DNA from: Gammaproteobacteria bacterium
GTDB taxonomy: Bacteria > Pseudomonadota > Gammaproteobacteria > Pseudomonadales > Azotimanducaceae
DNA: 64,000 nt
NCBI GenBank assembly: GCA_012269545.1
Contig: JAAXKB010000008.1
Location: 12,348-76,347, forward strand
Direction of reading: 5' to 3'
The notes beneath the pieces were generated by a model. The model saw only the letters and a list, made by a program, of their open reading frames with translations. It ran no database searches and was not told the origin of the DNA. Both the position numbers and the translations under genes were made by a program. Numbering within the stretch: position 1 is the stretch's first letter; each line of letters opens with the position of its first letter. Shown here in pieces: positions 1-9,276 of the stretch.

Positions 1-377
1 TCGGTGCGCGTAACTACGATATCTGAAGCACCAACCAACCCAAGGCCGCCTGCAAATGCGGCTCCATTGACCGCGGCGATTACGGGTTTCGGACTCTCTA
101 AAATGGCGGTGAGCACGTCGTGGTACGGCACTGCCCGGTCGCTGCCTTCGGAAAGCTGTCCGGGTGGACTTTTTAGGTCGGCTCCCGCGCAAAAAGCAGG
201 ACCGTTACCGGTAATCACAATGCAGCGCACATCATCGTTGGCGTTCGACGCCGTAATGTGGTCGAACAGTTCTGTCACCAAAATGGCTGACAGGGCATTG
301 CGATTTTCTGGCCGGTTCAGCGTAATCCAGGCTGCGCCATTGCGGATTTCGTACAGGGTGGCTTCGGTTCCGCTCAT
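1..377 (-). CDS. enoyl-CoA hydratase/isomerase (crotonase) family protein, N-terminal part; 3' end lies beyond the window edge
   Basis: Own translation of the minus strand from ATG 377..375: MSGTEATLYEIRNGAAWITLNRPENRNALS...CIVITGNGPAFCAGADL...PVIAAVNGAAFAGGLGL. These are crotonase-fold motifs. ATGA start/stop overlap with the upstream carboxylase gene. Not in the ORF track because no stop falls inside the window. Confidence 0.8.
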   Translation of the reverse strand, partial: MSGTEATLYEIRNGAAWITLNRPENRNALSAILVTELFDHITASNANDDVRCIVITGNGPAFCAGADLKSPPGQLSEGSDRAVPYHDVLTAILESPKPVIAAVNGAAFAGGLGLVGASDIVVTRT

Positions 378-2362
378 GGTGAATCCTCTTCTGTCATGGT
401 AACGAGCAGCTGGGCGTTATCGACTTGATCGCCCACACTGACATGTACTTGTTCGACCACACCGTCCCGTGGTGCGACGATGCGGTGCTCCATTTTCATG
501 GCCTCCAAGATGACCAGGAGGTCGCCCTTGCTGACGCTTGCTCCGGCACTGATTTCTGTTGCCAAAACGGCTCCGGGCATGGGCGCTGTTAGACCGCCGC
601 CGGTATCAACACCCCGTGGGTCGGGATATCGCGGGGCTTCGTTCAGCACAAGGTCGCCGTTGTCCCCGTGCACCAGCCACTGCATGCCGTGCTGCTGAAC
701 GTCAAACTGGATGCGCTGTCCATCCAAAGCAAGGTCAACCGCGCCGTTTCCCGCCTGATGGATCGACACGGCATGGGCCGTGTCATCGCAGATGACCTTG
801 AAGCTTCCGTCGCGTTGGCTTTGGTAGGCCAGTGTGATTTCTTCCTTGCCAATCAGATAGGTTGCCGACTGCATTGGCATGGTGGAGTTACGCCACCCGC
901 TGGGAAGTGTCTTTAGCACGTTAGCCGCTGCGCGACGTGCCGCTTGCGCCTCCATGGCCACAGCGATAGCCGTATGTATGCATTCCGATCGGTCCAACGT
1001 GCGCTGCAAAGCAGGCTTTACCCGTTCAATGAAATCCGTAGTGGTATCGCCAGCCAAATACTCTGGCGTGCGCAGAGTAGTAACCAAAAAGTCTCTGTTG
1101 GTGTTCAGTCCGGCGATGGCTGTGGTTTCCAAAGCTCTGGCCAGGCGGCCAGCGGCTTCCCGGCGCGTTGGTGCATGGACAATGACCTTGGCAATCATCG
1201 GATCAAACTGGGTGCTGATCTCGCTCCCAGCCTCAACGCCTGAATCAAAGCGTGCGCCACCTGCTGTTGAGGGTTTCCAGACCAGTATCGGCCCCGGCGA
1301 TGGCAAAAATCCTTTGGCCGGATTTTCAGCGTAGAGGCGCGCTTCAATGGCATGGCCGCTGATGGAAATGTCTTCTTGAGTGAACGATAGCGTCTCACCC
1401 TCGGCAACGCGGATTTGTTCCCGTACCAAGTCCTTGCCAATGATTTCCTCCGTTACCGGATGCTCCACCTGTAAGCGAGCGTTCACCTCGAGGAAATAGA
1501 AGTCGTCGTTATCACCCAGCAGGAATTCAACGGTGCCGGCAGACGCATAGCCCAGCTTGCGCGCAGCGGCGATGGCGGCATCGCCCATGCGGGCGCGCAG
1601 GGCGTCATTGACTGCAGGAGAGGGGGCTTCTTCAATGATTTTTTGATGACGGCGCTGTATCGAGCATTCGCGCTCATAGCAGTGCACCAAGTTGCCGTGG
1701 TTGTCGCCAAGAATCTGAATTTCGATGTGTCTCGATGTGGCCAGCCATTTTTCCAAGAAGACTGTGTCATCGCCAAACGATGTGCCTGCCTCGCGTTTGG
1801 CGCTTTCCACTGCGGCAAGCAAATCAGCTTCCGCCTCAACAACCCGCATGCCGCGACCGCCGCCACCGGCAGAGGCTTTAACCAAAACGGGGTAGCCGAT
1901 ATCGGCGGCTGCAGCGATGACGTCCATGCCCTCGCTGATTTCAATGCCCGGTAGAGTGGGTACGCCGGCTTCGTCCATCAGTCGCTTGGCCGAAAGTTTG
2001 TCACCCATCAGACCGATAACTTCGGGTGAGGGCCCTAGCCACTTCACGCCGGCATCAATGACTGCTTGAGCAAAAGCCTGATTTTCTGACAAGAAACCGT
2101 AACCCGGGTGGATCGCGTCGGCCCCGCTGCGTTGGGCAGCGTCCAGTACCTTGGCGACATTAAGATACGTCTCGCCGGTGCTTTTACCCTGTAGCGCAAT
2201 AGCGCTATCGGCTTCCAGCACAAAGGGCGCATTAGCATCACCGTCGGCATAGATCGTAACGGTGCTGATGCCCATGGCTCGTGCGGTGCGATTAATGCGT
2301 CTGGCAATTTCGCCGCGGTTTGCGACCAGTAGCCGGCTGATTGGTTGAATTACATGCGCCAT
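374..2362 (-). CDS. acyl-CoA carboxylase alpha subunit (biotin carboxylase + biotinyl carrier domain; methylcrotonyl-/geranyl-CoA carboxylase type)
   Basis: ORF 374..2404. ATP-grasp biotin carboxylase motifs (LLVANRGEIA, GYPVLVKASAGGGGRGMRVV) and C-terminal biotinylation motif EAMKMEH. Start moved to MAHVIQPISRLLVANRGEIA at 2362, overlapping the upstream gene end by 13 nt. Confidence 0.9.
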   Translation of the reverse strand: MAHVIQPISRLLVANRGEIARRINRTARAMGISTVTIYADGDANAPFVLEADSAIALQGKSTGETYLNVAKVLDAAQRSGADAIHPGYGFLSENQAFAQAVIDAGVKWLGPSPEVIGLMGDKLSAKRLMDEAGVPTLPGIEISEGMDVIAAAADIGYPVLVKASAGGGGRGMRVVEAEADLLAAVESAKREAGTSFGDDTVFLEKWLATSRHIEIQILGDNHGNLVHCYERECSIQRRHQKIIEEAPSPAVNDALRARMGDAAIAAARKLGYASAGTVEFLLGDNDDFYFLEVNARLQVEHPVTEEIIGKDLVREQIRVAEGETLSFTQEDISISGHAIEARLYAENPAKGFLPSPGPILVWKPSTAGGARFDSGVEAGSEISTQFDPMIAKVIVHAPTRREAAGRLARALETTAIAGLNTNRDFLVTTLRTPEYLAGDTTTDFIERVKPALQRTLDRSECIHTAIAVAMEAQAARRAAANVLKTLPSGWRNSTMPMQSATYLIGKEEITLAYQSQRDGSFKVICDDTAHAVSIHQAGNGAVDLALDGQRIQFDVQQHGMQWLVHGDNGDLVLNEAPRYPDPRGVDTGGGLTAPMPGAVLATEISAGASVSKGDLLVILEAMKMEHRIVAPRDGVVEQVHVSVGDQVDNAQLLVTMTEEDSP

Positions 2363-4002
2363 GTGCCGTACTCCTTGGTGCCTTTGACGGTGTTGTTGTG
2401 GCATGCCGATAGCGACATGGCGATGACGTTGCGGGTGTCTCGAGGATCGATCATGCCGTCATCGGATACGCGGGATGTGGCGTACAATCCCTTGGACCGT
2501 TCTTCCGCCCAGTGCTCGGCAAAAGCCGCTCGCTGGGCATCGGCCTCTTCATCGAATTCAATACCGCGGCGAGCCGCCGCGCCCTTACCGACAATGGTCA
2601 TGACACCTGCCATTACCGAGGGTCCCATCACAGCGATTTTCGAGTGGGGCCAGATGTAGGTGAACTTCGTGCCAAAGGCGCGCCCGCTCATGCCATAGTT
2701 GCCCGCGCCATAGGAGGCTCCCACGATAACGGTAATGTGCGGTACCGTAGAGTTGGCGACGGCATTGACCATTTTGGAGCCGTTCTTGGTGATGCCCCCC
2801 TGTTCGAAATCGGTACCGACAATGAATCCCGTGATGTTGTGCAGGAACAGCAGTGGGACATCAATTTGATTACACAGCTGAATGAACTGAGCCGCTTTTT
2901 CCGCCGATTCGGAAAACAGCGCCCCGTTGTTGCCCAAAATGCCAATGGGATACCCGTGAATTGATGCCCAGCCGCAGACCACCGACGGGCCGTACAACGG
3001 TTTAAATTCCTCAAACAACGAACCGTCCACGATGCGCATGATGACTTCGCGAATGTCCAGCGGGCTTTTCAGGTCTTTCGACACCATACCCAGCAGTTCC
3101 TCGGGGTCGTGCTCGGGTTCATCGAAGTCGCTTTTCGGCTCAGGTCCCAGCTTGCGCCAGTTCAGGTGGGATACAACTTCGCGGCAGATGCGAATGCCGT
3201 CCATTTCATCTTGCGCCAGATAGTCGCCGAGTCCCGAAATTTGCGTATGCATGTCCGCCCCGCCTAGGCTTTCTGCGTCCGCATCTTCTCCGGTTGCCAT
3301 TTTGACCAAGGGCGGACCGCCTAACGAAACCATGGCCTGATTCTTGACCATGATGTTGTAGTCACTCATGCCCGGCTGGTAGGCGCCCCCGGCAGTGGCT
3401 GCTCCGAAAATCACGGACACGGTAGGGATACGCAGCTTGGACAACTCCGATATCTCGTAAAACAAACGCCCGGACTCGGCAAAATGCTCAATGTCCCGCT
3501 GAATTTCCGCTTCTGCTTCCACATTGGGGTCGCCTTGCCCCTCGCCGCTGGCACCGCGCAAGTCCGCACCGGCGCTTTCCACGAACTGTACGTAGGGCAT
3601 ACGATTTTCGCGGGCAATCTCTAAGCCGCGCATGAGTTTCTTGGCGTTGAACGGGTTAAACGCACCGGCGCGCACTGACGGGTCATGCCCCAAAATGACG
3701 CATTCAACGCCTTCAATGACCCCAATGCCCACCACAAAGCCAGAGCCGATGTCATAAGGCGAGCGCCAGGCGGCCAAGGGGCTGATTTCCAGAAACGGCG
3801 AATCCTGATCCAGTACGTGCGAGATACGTTCTCGAATCGGCATTTTGCCGCGCTTGCGGATACGGGCGACGGCCTCTTCACCGCCGCCTTGGGCTGCCTC
3901 ATCGTAAAGTGTTTGAAGCTCAGCCAAGGTCTCCAGCATATCGCTTTTGTTGGTGCTGAACACCTCGGATCGAACGTCGAGTTTTGATTCTAAGATCGGC
4001 AT
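2350..4002 (-). CDS. acyl-CoA carboxylase carboxyltransferase (beta) subunit, MCC/GCC type
   Basis: 550-aa ORF with two-domain carboxyltransferase architecture, recognised as similar to methylcrotonyl-/geranyl-CoA carboxylase beta chains. Lies immediately upstream of, and overlaps, the alpha subunit gene. Confidence 0.9.
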   Translation of the reverse strand: MPILESKLDVRSEVFSTNKSDMLETLAELQTLYDEAAQGGGEEAVARIRKRGKMPIRERISHVLDQDSPFLEISPLAAWRSPYDIGSGFVVGIGVIEGVECVILGHDPSVRAGAFNPFNAKKLMRGLEIARENRMPYVQFVESAGADLRGASGEGQGDPNVEAEAEIQRDIEHFAESGRLFYEISELSKLRIPTVSVIFGAATAGGAYQPGMSDYNIMVKNQAMVSLGGPPLVKMATGEDADAESLGGADMHTQISGLGDYLAQDEMDGIRICREVVSHLNWRKLGPEPKSDFDEPEHDPEELLGMVSKDLKSPLDIREVIMRIVDGSLFEEFKPLYGPSVVCGWASIHGYPIGILGNNGALFSESAEKAAQFIQLCNQIDVPLLFLHNITGFIVGTDFEQGGITKNGSKMVNAVANSTVPHITVIVGASYGAGNYGMSGRAFGTKFTYIWPHSKIAVMGPSVMAGVMTIVGKGAAARRGIEFDEEADAQRAAFAEHWAEERSKGLYATSRVSDDGMIDPRDTRNVIAMSLSACHNNTVKGTKEYGTWRM

Positions 4003-4117
4003 GCTGACTCCCCTAATGTCTCACGCAAAATTCCCCAATGACCCAAAGCTAGCAGAATAAAAAGCCAGCCGTAAGGTTTTTTTATGGTAGCGTTTACACC
4101 TCAGGAAGGGGGGATTT

Positions 4118-4738
4118 GTGGCTGCCGAACAGGGACTGCAACAACTGAAAAGCGCTCGCGCCCGCGAGAATATCTGCAACGCGGCCATTGCTCTGCTGGC
4201 AAAGGTTGGTTACGCCGAGACAACAATTGCTGGGGTGGCCCAAGCCGCGGGCTTTTCGAAGGGCGCTGTGCAATACCATTTCCCCACCAAGGAGGAACTC
4301 ATTGCGGCGACGGTAGAGCACCTCCTGATGCGTACCGTGTCCAGCGCCAGTCAGCGTTACGAAAGTGTTGAAAGCGCGCTGATGAATGCGTGGCAGCGCC
4401 TGATCAATACGTCCGCTTATCGGGCGCTGCTTGAGGTGCTGAATGCTGCGCGTATTGACGGTAAGTTGCGCTTGCGCATCTCGGCGCAATTGCTGGCGTG
4501 GGGAAAAAATCTGGATCAACAGTCTTTAGATATCTATCAAAGCGCAAATACAGAACTGGCGTCCCAGCAGGGTGACGCCGAGGTAGTAATGCTGCTGAAC
4601 ATGACGCGCAGCTTTATGCGTGGTCTGCTCATTCAGGAACAGTATGGCGTGTCGCCTGAAGAGACGCTGAGTTACGTCGGCAAGTGGATTGAGATGGTAT
4701 CGCCACTGCTGGCGCTGCGCGCAGACTCGCCGAGATGA
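4118..4738 (+). CDS. TetR/AcrR family transcriptional regulator
   Basis: N-terminal TetR HTH (ICNAAIALLAKVGYAETTIAGVAQAAGFSKGAVQYHFPTKEELI). GTG start preceded by AGGAAGGGGGG. Divergent from the carboxylase operon across a 115-bp intergenic region. Confidence 0.85.
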   Translation: MAAEQGLQQLKSARARENICNAAIALLAKVGYAETTIAGVAQAAGFSKGAVQYHFPTKEELIAATVEHLLMRTVSSASQRYESVESALMNAWQRLINTSAYRALLEVLNAARIDGKLRLRISAQLLAWGKNLDQQSLDIYQSANTELASQQGDAEVVMLLNMTRSFMRGLLIQEQYGVSPEETLSYVGKWIEMVSPLLALRADSPR

Positions 4739-4792
4739 CGCGGTTTGCGCAAGCACAGCACTGCAAAGAACAACATTAGAAGGGGATCGATC

Positions 4793-5995
4793 ATGAGTGT
4801 GACGCAAGCGGAAATTACCGAATTTGAAGAACAGGCCGATCGCTGGTTTGCTGAAAACAAACCTGCGAATCCCGGTTTTATCCTGCCTGAGACCTTTATG
4901 GAGGTCGGGACGGATCAGCAGTTCGAGTTTTTACGCAACTGGCAGCAAAAGGTGTACGAGAACGGCTACGTGGGTATGTCTTGGCCAAAGGAATTTGGCG
5001 GACTGGGTATGGATCAGGTGTTCCAAGATATCGCTACCAAGGCCATGGCCAAGCATCGTGTGCCTTTTCTGCCAAACACCATTGGTCTGAACTGGGCGGG
5101 GCCGCTGATTCTTGCCATGGGCTCGCAGGAAGAAAAAAGCCGCTATATCAAGGGTATTTTGAGCGCCGAGGATATCTGGTGTCAGGGGTTTTCCGAGCCT
5201 GATCACGGCTCGGATTTGGGTAGTGCCCAATGTAAGGCGGTAAAAGATGGAGATGAATATGTGATCAATGGCTCGAAGATCTGGACGAGTTTGGGGTCTT
5301 ACGCGAAGTACATGATCTTGATTGCCCGCACCTCAACGGATGGGCCCAACAAGTATGCCGGGCTGAGTTTCTTTTTGGCGCCAATGCAGACCGAGGGCAT
5401 CGAACCGCGCCCAATCAAAAAGCTCACTGGTGAATACGGTTTCTGCCAAACGTTTTTCAATGACGCTCGCATCCCTGCATCCTGCATGATCGGCGGAGAG
5501 GGCGAAGGCTGGAAAGTGGCCATGGCAACCCTGATGTTCGAGCGCGGCGCCGCTGGGGGTCAGGCCGGCGGGCTCGCCATGATGGATCTCAGCATTGATG
5601 ACGTTGTCGAACTGGCACGCCGCGCCAAACGTAACGGCAAGCCAGCCATTGAAGATCCCCGCGTGCGCGAAGAGCTGGTGGACTTGATTACCGAAGCCAG
5701 AGGTAACAGTCATATGGCCGCCCGCGACAAAGTACCGGCGCTGGCGACCGACTGGCCGACAGCAATCAGCATGTCGGGAAAGCTGCGCTCTTCGGAGCTG
5801 AAGCGTCGCATGTGCCAGTTCGCTCTCTCGCTACAAGGAGCTAACGGCGCGCGTTACGTGAGCTCGGATGCTGTCGATGGCGGCTTGTGGCAGCGGTCCT
5901 ACCTAAATGCTTTTTCTGGAACCATCGGTGGCGGCACCAGCCAGATCCAGCACAACATCATCGGCGAGAGGGTGCTGGGTTTGCCCAAGGGTTAG
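4793..5995 (+). CDS. acyl-CoA dehydrogenase family protein (first of an adjacent pair)
   Basis: ORF 4745..5995. ACAD motifs (CQGFSEPDHGSDL, INGSKIWTS, C-terminal GGGTSQIQHNIIGERVLGLP). Start moved to MSVTQAEI at 4793, which has a GAAGGGGA RBS. Confidence 0.85.
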   Translation: MSVTQAEITEFEEQADRWFAENKPANPGFILPETFMEVGTDQQFEFLRNWQQKVYENGYVGMSWPKEFGGLGMDQVFQDIATKAMAKHRVPFLPNTIGLNWAGPLILAMGSQEEKSRYIKGILSAEDIWCQGFSEPDHGSDLGSAQCKAVKDGDEYVINGSKIWTSLGSYAKYMILIARTSTDGPNKYAGLSFFLAPMQTEGIEPRPIKKLTGEYGFCQTFFNDARIPASCMIGGEGEGWKVAMATLMFERGAAGGQAGGLAMMDLSIDDVVELARRAKRNGKPAIEDPRVREELVDLITEARGNSHMAARDKVPALATDWPTAISMSGKLRSSELKRRMCQFALSLQGANGARYVSSDAVDGGLWQRSYLNAFSGTIGGGTSQIQHNIIGERVLGLPKG

Positions 5996-6030
5996 GTCGT
6001 CGCAACAGCACTGAGAGGAATCGAGTTTTC

Positions 6031-7143
6031 ATGGCAACGATAGAGTTTTCAGAAGAGCAAACCATGTTGATGGAGACCGCGGTAGATTTTTGCCGTAAAC
6101 AATCTCCTATCGAGCGGGTGCGCGCTCAGATTGAGCAACCACAGAGCGTAGATCCCGCAGTGTGGCAGGAAATGGTCAACCTTGGCTGGACGGGTATTAC
6201 CGTGCCGGAACAGTACGGCGGCCTTGGTCTGTCCCTTGCTGACGCTGTGCCCATTGCTGAAAGTATGGGCCGACACCTGATGGGTTCGCCCTTTGTCTCA
6301 ACCACCCTAGCGACACAGGCGCTGATCAGCAGCGGTGGCGAAGCTCTGCGTGAGCGATGGCTGCCGCAGATCGCTGCTGGCACTCCTGCCTCGATGGCGC
6401 TGACCGAAGAGGACGGCAACTGGAACCTGACTGAAATCGGTAGTTTCGCAACACTGCAAGGCGATCAACTGTCGCTTACGGCCAAGAAATGCTTTGTGCA
6501 AGATGCGCCTGACGCTGGCGTGATTGTGGTGTCGGCCAACGTAGACGGTCGTGCGCGACTGATAGCCATAGCTGCAGATCAACTGCCGCCGGGTGCGCTC
6601 ACCAGAGAAACCGTGATTGACGAAACCCGTCGCAGCTACACCTTGGAAGTGGATGCCTTGGCTCTGCCAGTGGCTCAGTTATTGGAAGGGGCAGATTTTG
6701 CCGCGATTGAACGCGCGGCTCTGCTGCTGTTAAGCGCAGAAATGTCCGGCGGTTTGTCCGGCGTGCTGCATGTGATCATCGATTACCTCACAACGCGCAA
6801 GCAGTTTGATCAATACATCGGCAGTTATCAGTCCTTAAAGCACCCAACGGTGCAAATTTTACTGTCGTTGGAAGCGTGCCGGTCGCACCTGTATCGCGCA
6901 GCGACCTGCATGGCACAGGGCAATGCGACTGAGTTAGAGGCGGCATTACGCATGGCGAAGGCCCAAGGTAGCGAGGCGTTTGCTTTCGCCGGGGATCGTG
7001 CCGTGCAGTTTCACGGCGGTTTTGGTTTTACTTACGAATGCGATGCCCAGTTGTTCTTACGGCGTGCACTGTGGTGCCAGTACCAGTTTGGTGACGCGGC
7101 ATACCACCGGAATTTGTTGGCGCCGCTGCTGCTTGATGATTAA
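6031..7143 (+). CDS. acyl-CoA dehydrogenase family protein (second of an adjacent pair)
   Basis: ORF 5887..7143. ACAD N-terminal and C-terminal domains (WQEMVNLGWTGITVPEQYGGLG, QFHGGFGFTYECDAQLFLRRA). Start moved to MATIEFSEEQ at 6031, 35 nt after the previous stop. Confidence 0.8.
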   Translation: MATIEFSEEQTMLMETAVDFCRKQSPIERVRAQIEQPQSVDPAVWQEMVNLGWTGITVPEQYGGLGLSLADAVPIAESMGRHLMGSPFVSTTLATQALISSGGEALRERWLPQIAAGTPASMALTEEDGNWNLTEIGSFATLQGDQLSLTAKKCFVQDAPDAGVIVVSANVDGRARLIAIAADQLPPGALTRETVIDETRRSYTLEVDALALPVAQLLEGADFAAIERAALLLLSAEMSGGLSGVLHVIIDYLTTRKQFDQYIGSYQSLKHPTVQILLSLEACRSHLYRAATCMAQGNATELEAALRMAKAQGSEAFAFAGDRAVQFHGGFGFTYECDAQLFLRRALWCQYQFGDAAYHRNLLAPLLLDD

Positions 7144-7182
7144 CGTAAATCCAGGTCGCGAAGGCCTGATCGGGGAGGCTAA

Positions 7183-7812
7183 ATGTCAGGTTCAAAAATG
7201 AAGCTATACCACTGCGCGGATGCGCGCTCACTGCGGCCGCTGTGGGCCTTAGAAGAAATGGGACTGGACTATGAGTTGATCAACATGCAGTTCCCGCCTC
7301 GTGCGACCTATCCCGGCTATCTGGAACTGAATCCGTTGGGCACGGTGCCGACCTTTACCGACGGCGATTTGGTCATGACCGAATCATCCGGTATCTGCCA
7401 GTATTTAGAGGACATGTACGGGCCAACGTCCATCGGCGTGGCAAAGGATCACCCGGCTTATGGCGAGTATCTGAATTGGCTTTACCGCAGCGATGCCACG
7501 CTGACGTTTCCGCAAACCTTGGTGCTGCGCTACACACGTCTGGAGCCAGAAGAGCGTCGCATTCCTCAAGTCGTCGAGGACTATTCGATTTGGTACCTGT
7601 CACGTTTGCGCTCGGTGGAGATGGCGCTGGAGGGCAAAGAGTTTTTGTGTGCAGACAAATTCACCGTCGCTGATATTACCGTGGGTTATGCCCTGTTCCT
7701 CGGCGTTTCTCTGGGACTCGATGCTCGCTACAAACCCAACTGTAAACGTTACCTTGCCAGTCTAATGGAACGTCCCGCTTTCAAGAGTGCTCGAGAGAAG
7801 CAACAGGCGTAG
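7183..7812 (+). CDS. glutathione S-transferase family protein
   Basis: N-terminal thioredoxin-like GST domain (KLYHCADARSLRPLWALEEMGL...NPLGTVPTFTDGDLVMTESSGICQYL) plus a C-terminal helical domain. The start could instead be 7198. Confidence 0.85.
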   Translation: MSGSKMKLYHCADARSLRPLWALEEMGLDYELINMQFPPRATYPGYLELNPLGTVPTFTDGDLVMTESSGICQYLEDMYGPTSIGVAKDHPAYGEYLNWLYRSDATLTFPQTLVLRYTRLEPEERRIPQVVEDYSIWYLSRLRSVEMALEGKEFLCADKFTVADITVGYALFLGVSLGLDARYKPNCKRYLASLMERPAFKSAREKQQA

Positions 7813-7828
7813 GCGCTGACGAGGTAAC

Positions 7829-8827
7829 ATGATGAAGATAACCACGGGCTTACCCGCTCATGATTTAAATGCCGTAGGCCCAGCGGCCAAGGCAATTGAA
7901 GAACGGGGTTTTACTGGCGTCTCTACTCAAGAGAACCGTCAGGACGCCTTTCTACCGTTAGCGGTAGCGGCAACTCGAACTGAATCACTAGAACTGCGTA
8001 CCAATATTGCTATCGCGTTTGCCCGCAGTCCCATGGTGGCCGCAAACCTGTCTTGGGATATTCAGCGCGCCAGCAAGGGGCGTTTCACGCTGGGTATTGG
8101 CAGTCAGGTCAAGGGCCATAACGTGCGGCGTTTCAGCGTGCCTTGGTCACCGCCTGCACCCCGCATGCGCGAATACGTACAGGCACTGCGCGCGATCTGG
8201 GATTGCTGGGCCAACGGCACTAAGCTGGACTATCAGGGTGAGCACTACCAATTCAGTTTGATGACGCCGAACTTTACACCGGAACCCTGTGAGCACGGCA
8301 TGCCCAAGGTGCAAATCGCCGCGGTGGGGCCTGTGATGATGAAGGTAGCCGCTGAGGAATGTGACGGGGTCATGCTGCACGCGTTCTGCACTGGCAAATA
8401 CCTAGAAGAGGTGATCTTGCCGCGCTTGGATAAGGGCCTAGACGCTTCCGGTCGCAGCCGCGCAGATTTTGAGATCAGCGGCGGCGGCTTCATCGCCACC
8501 GGCGCCGATGACGAAGCAGTAAGCAAAGTCTTCGAATGGGTGCGCATGCGCATTGGTTTTTATGGGTCTACGCCATCCTACTGGCCGGTCTTCGAGCAGC
8601 ATGGCTGGGAGGATCTTGGGCACAAACTCAACGATATGTCGAAAAAGGGTCAATGGGAGCAAATGACCAATGAGGTCTCCGATGACATCGTTCACGAGTT
8701 CTGCGCTGTGGGGCGCTTTGATCAGATCGCAGATAAAATTCGTCAGCGATTTGGGGGTCGGGTGGACGTGGTTTCGCTGCCGGAACACACGCCGCAAGAT
8801 CTGTTGCAGGAACTGCAAAGCGTCTAA
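7829..8827 (+). CDS. LLM-class (luciferase-like) flavin/F420-dependent oxidoreductase
   Basis: 332-aa luciferase-like TIM-barrel family, recognised from LPLAVAATRTESLELRTNIAIAFARSPM...RFTLGIGSQVKGHNVRRF. It is the last gene before a strong terminator. Confidence 0.8.
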   Translation: MMKITTGLPAHDLNAVGPAAKAIEERGFTGVSTQENRQDAFLPLAVAATRTESLELRTNIAIAFARSPMVAANLSWDIQRASKGRFTLGIGSQVKGHNVRRFSVPWSPPAPRMREYVQALRAIWDCWANGTKLDYQGEHYQFSLMTPNFTPEPCEHGMPKVQIAAVGPVMMKVAAEECDGVMLHAFCTGKYLEEVILPRLDKGLDASGRSRADFEISGGGFIATGADDEAVSKVFEWVRMRIGFYGSTPSYWPVFEQHGWEDLGHKLNDMSKKGQWEQMTNEVSDDIVHEFCAVGRFDQIADKIRQRFGGRVDVVSLPEHTPQDLLQELQSV

Positions 8828-8860
8828 ACCATCTCTTGGCAAGCATCCGCCAGCCACGGT

Positions 8861-8903
8861 AAAAGCCCCTCGCGCCGTTTAAGTCGCAGGGGCTTTTCTT
8901 TTT
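8861..8903. terminator. rho-independent terminator (potentially bidirectional)
   Basis: Perfect 10-bp stem AAAAGCCCCT (8861..8870) / AGGGGCTTTT (8888..8897) followed by CTTTTT. An A-run sits on the other side. Confidence 0.75.
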
Positions 8904-9276
8904 GTCAGGTAAAAGTGTACGGCCGCCGGTCCAGCATCCTGTGGGGTATTCATGCCGGGCGAGCTAACGTCCGCGCCCTCAAAGACCATCATGTTGAAAG
9001 TGGGTCTGTCCTCAATGAGTCGTGGTTGTTTTTCTTCCCCCATGGTTTGGTTGGGATCGCCTGTAAAAGCGCAAACGACAGCGTCTGTGGAGTGTCTATT
9101 GTTTGAGCCGATGCACGCACTCTTCGGAAAGGCGGGTTTAGCAGATGGCTCTTTGAAGATAAACGGTGGCAATTGGGCGACAGGTGGTATTTCGGGCGTG
9201 ATCTATAAAGATGGCCGTCGCTTACCTCAATAAACTGGGTTATCGTTAGAAACTAAAGGAACGTGGAGATACAACA

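Noticed and set aside
4-402. 132-aa plus-strand ORF at the window start
   Set aside because: It lies antisense to a clear crotonase reading frame (minus strand, ATG at 377) and has Ala/Pro/Ser/Arg-rich, non-protein-like composition.
8879-9233. ORFs 8879..9172 (-) and 8952..9233 (+) in the gap upstream of the P450
   Set aside because: Neither has an RBS, a recognisable family or convincing composition. They overlap each other, and the minus-strand one runs into the terminator hairpin. I treat the region as a long leader or regulatory region.
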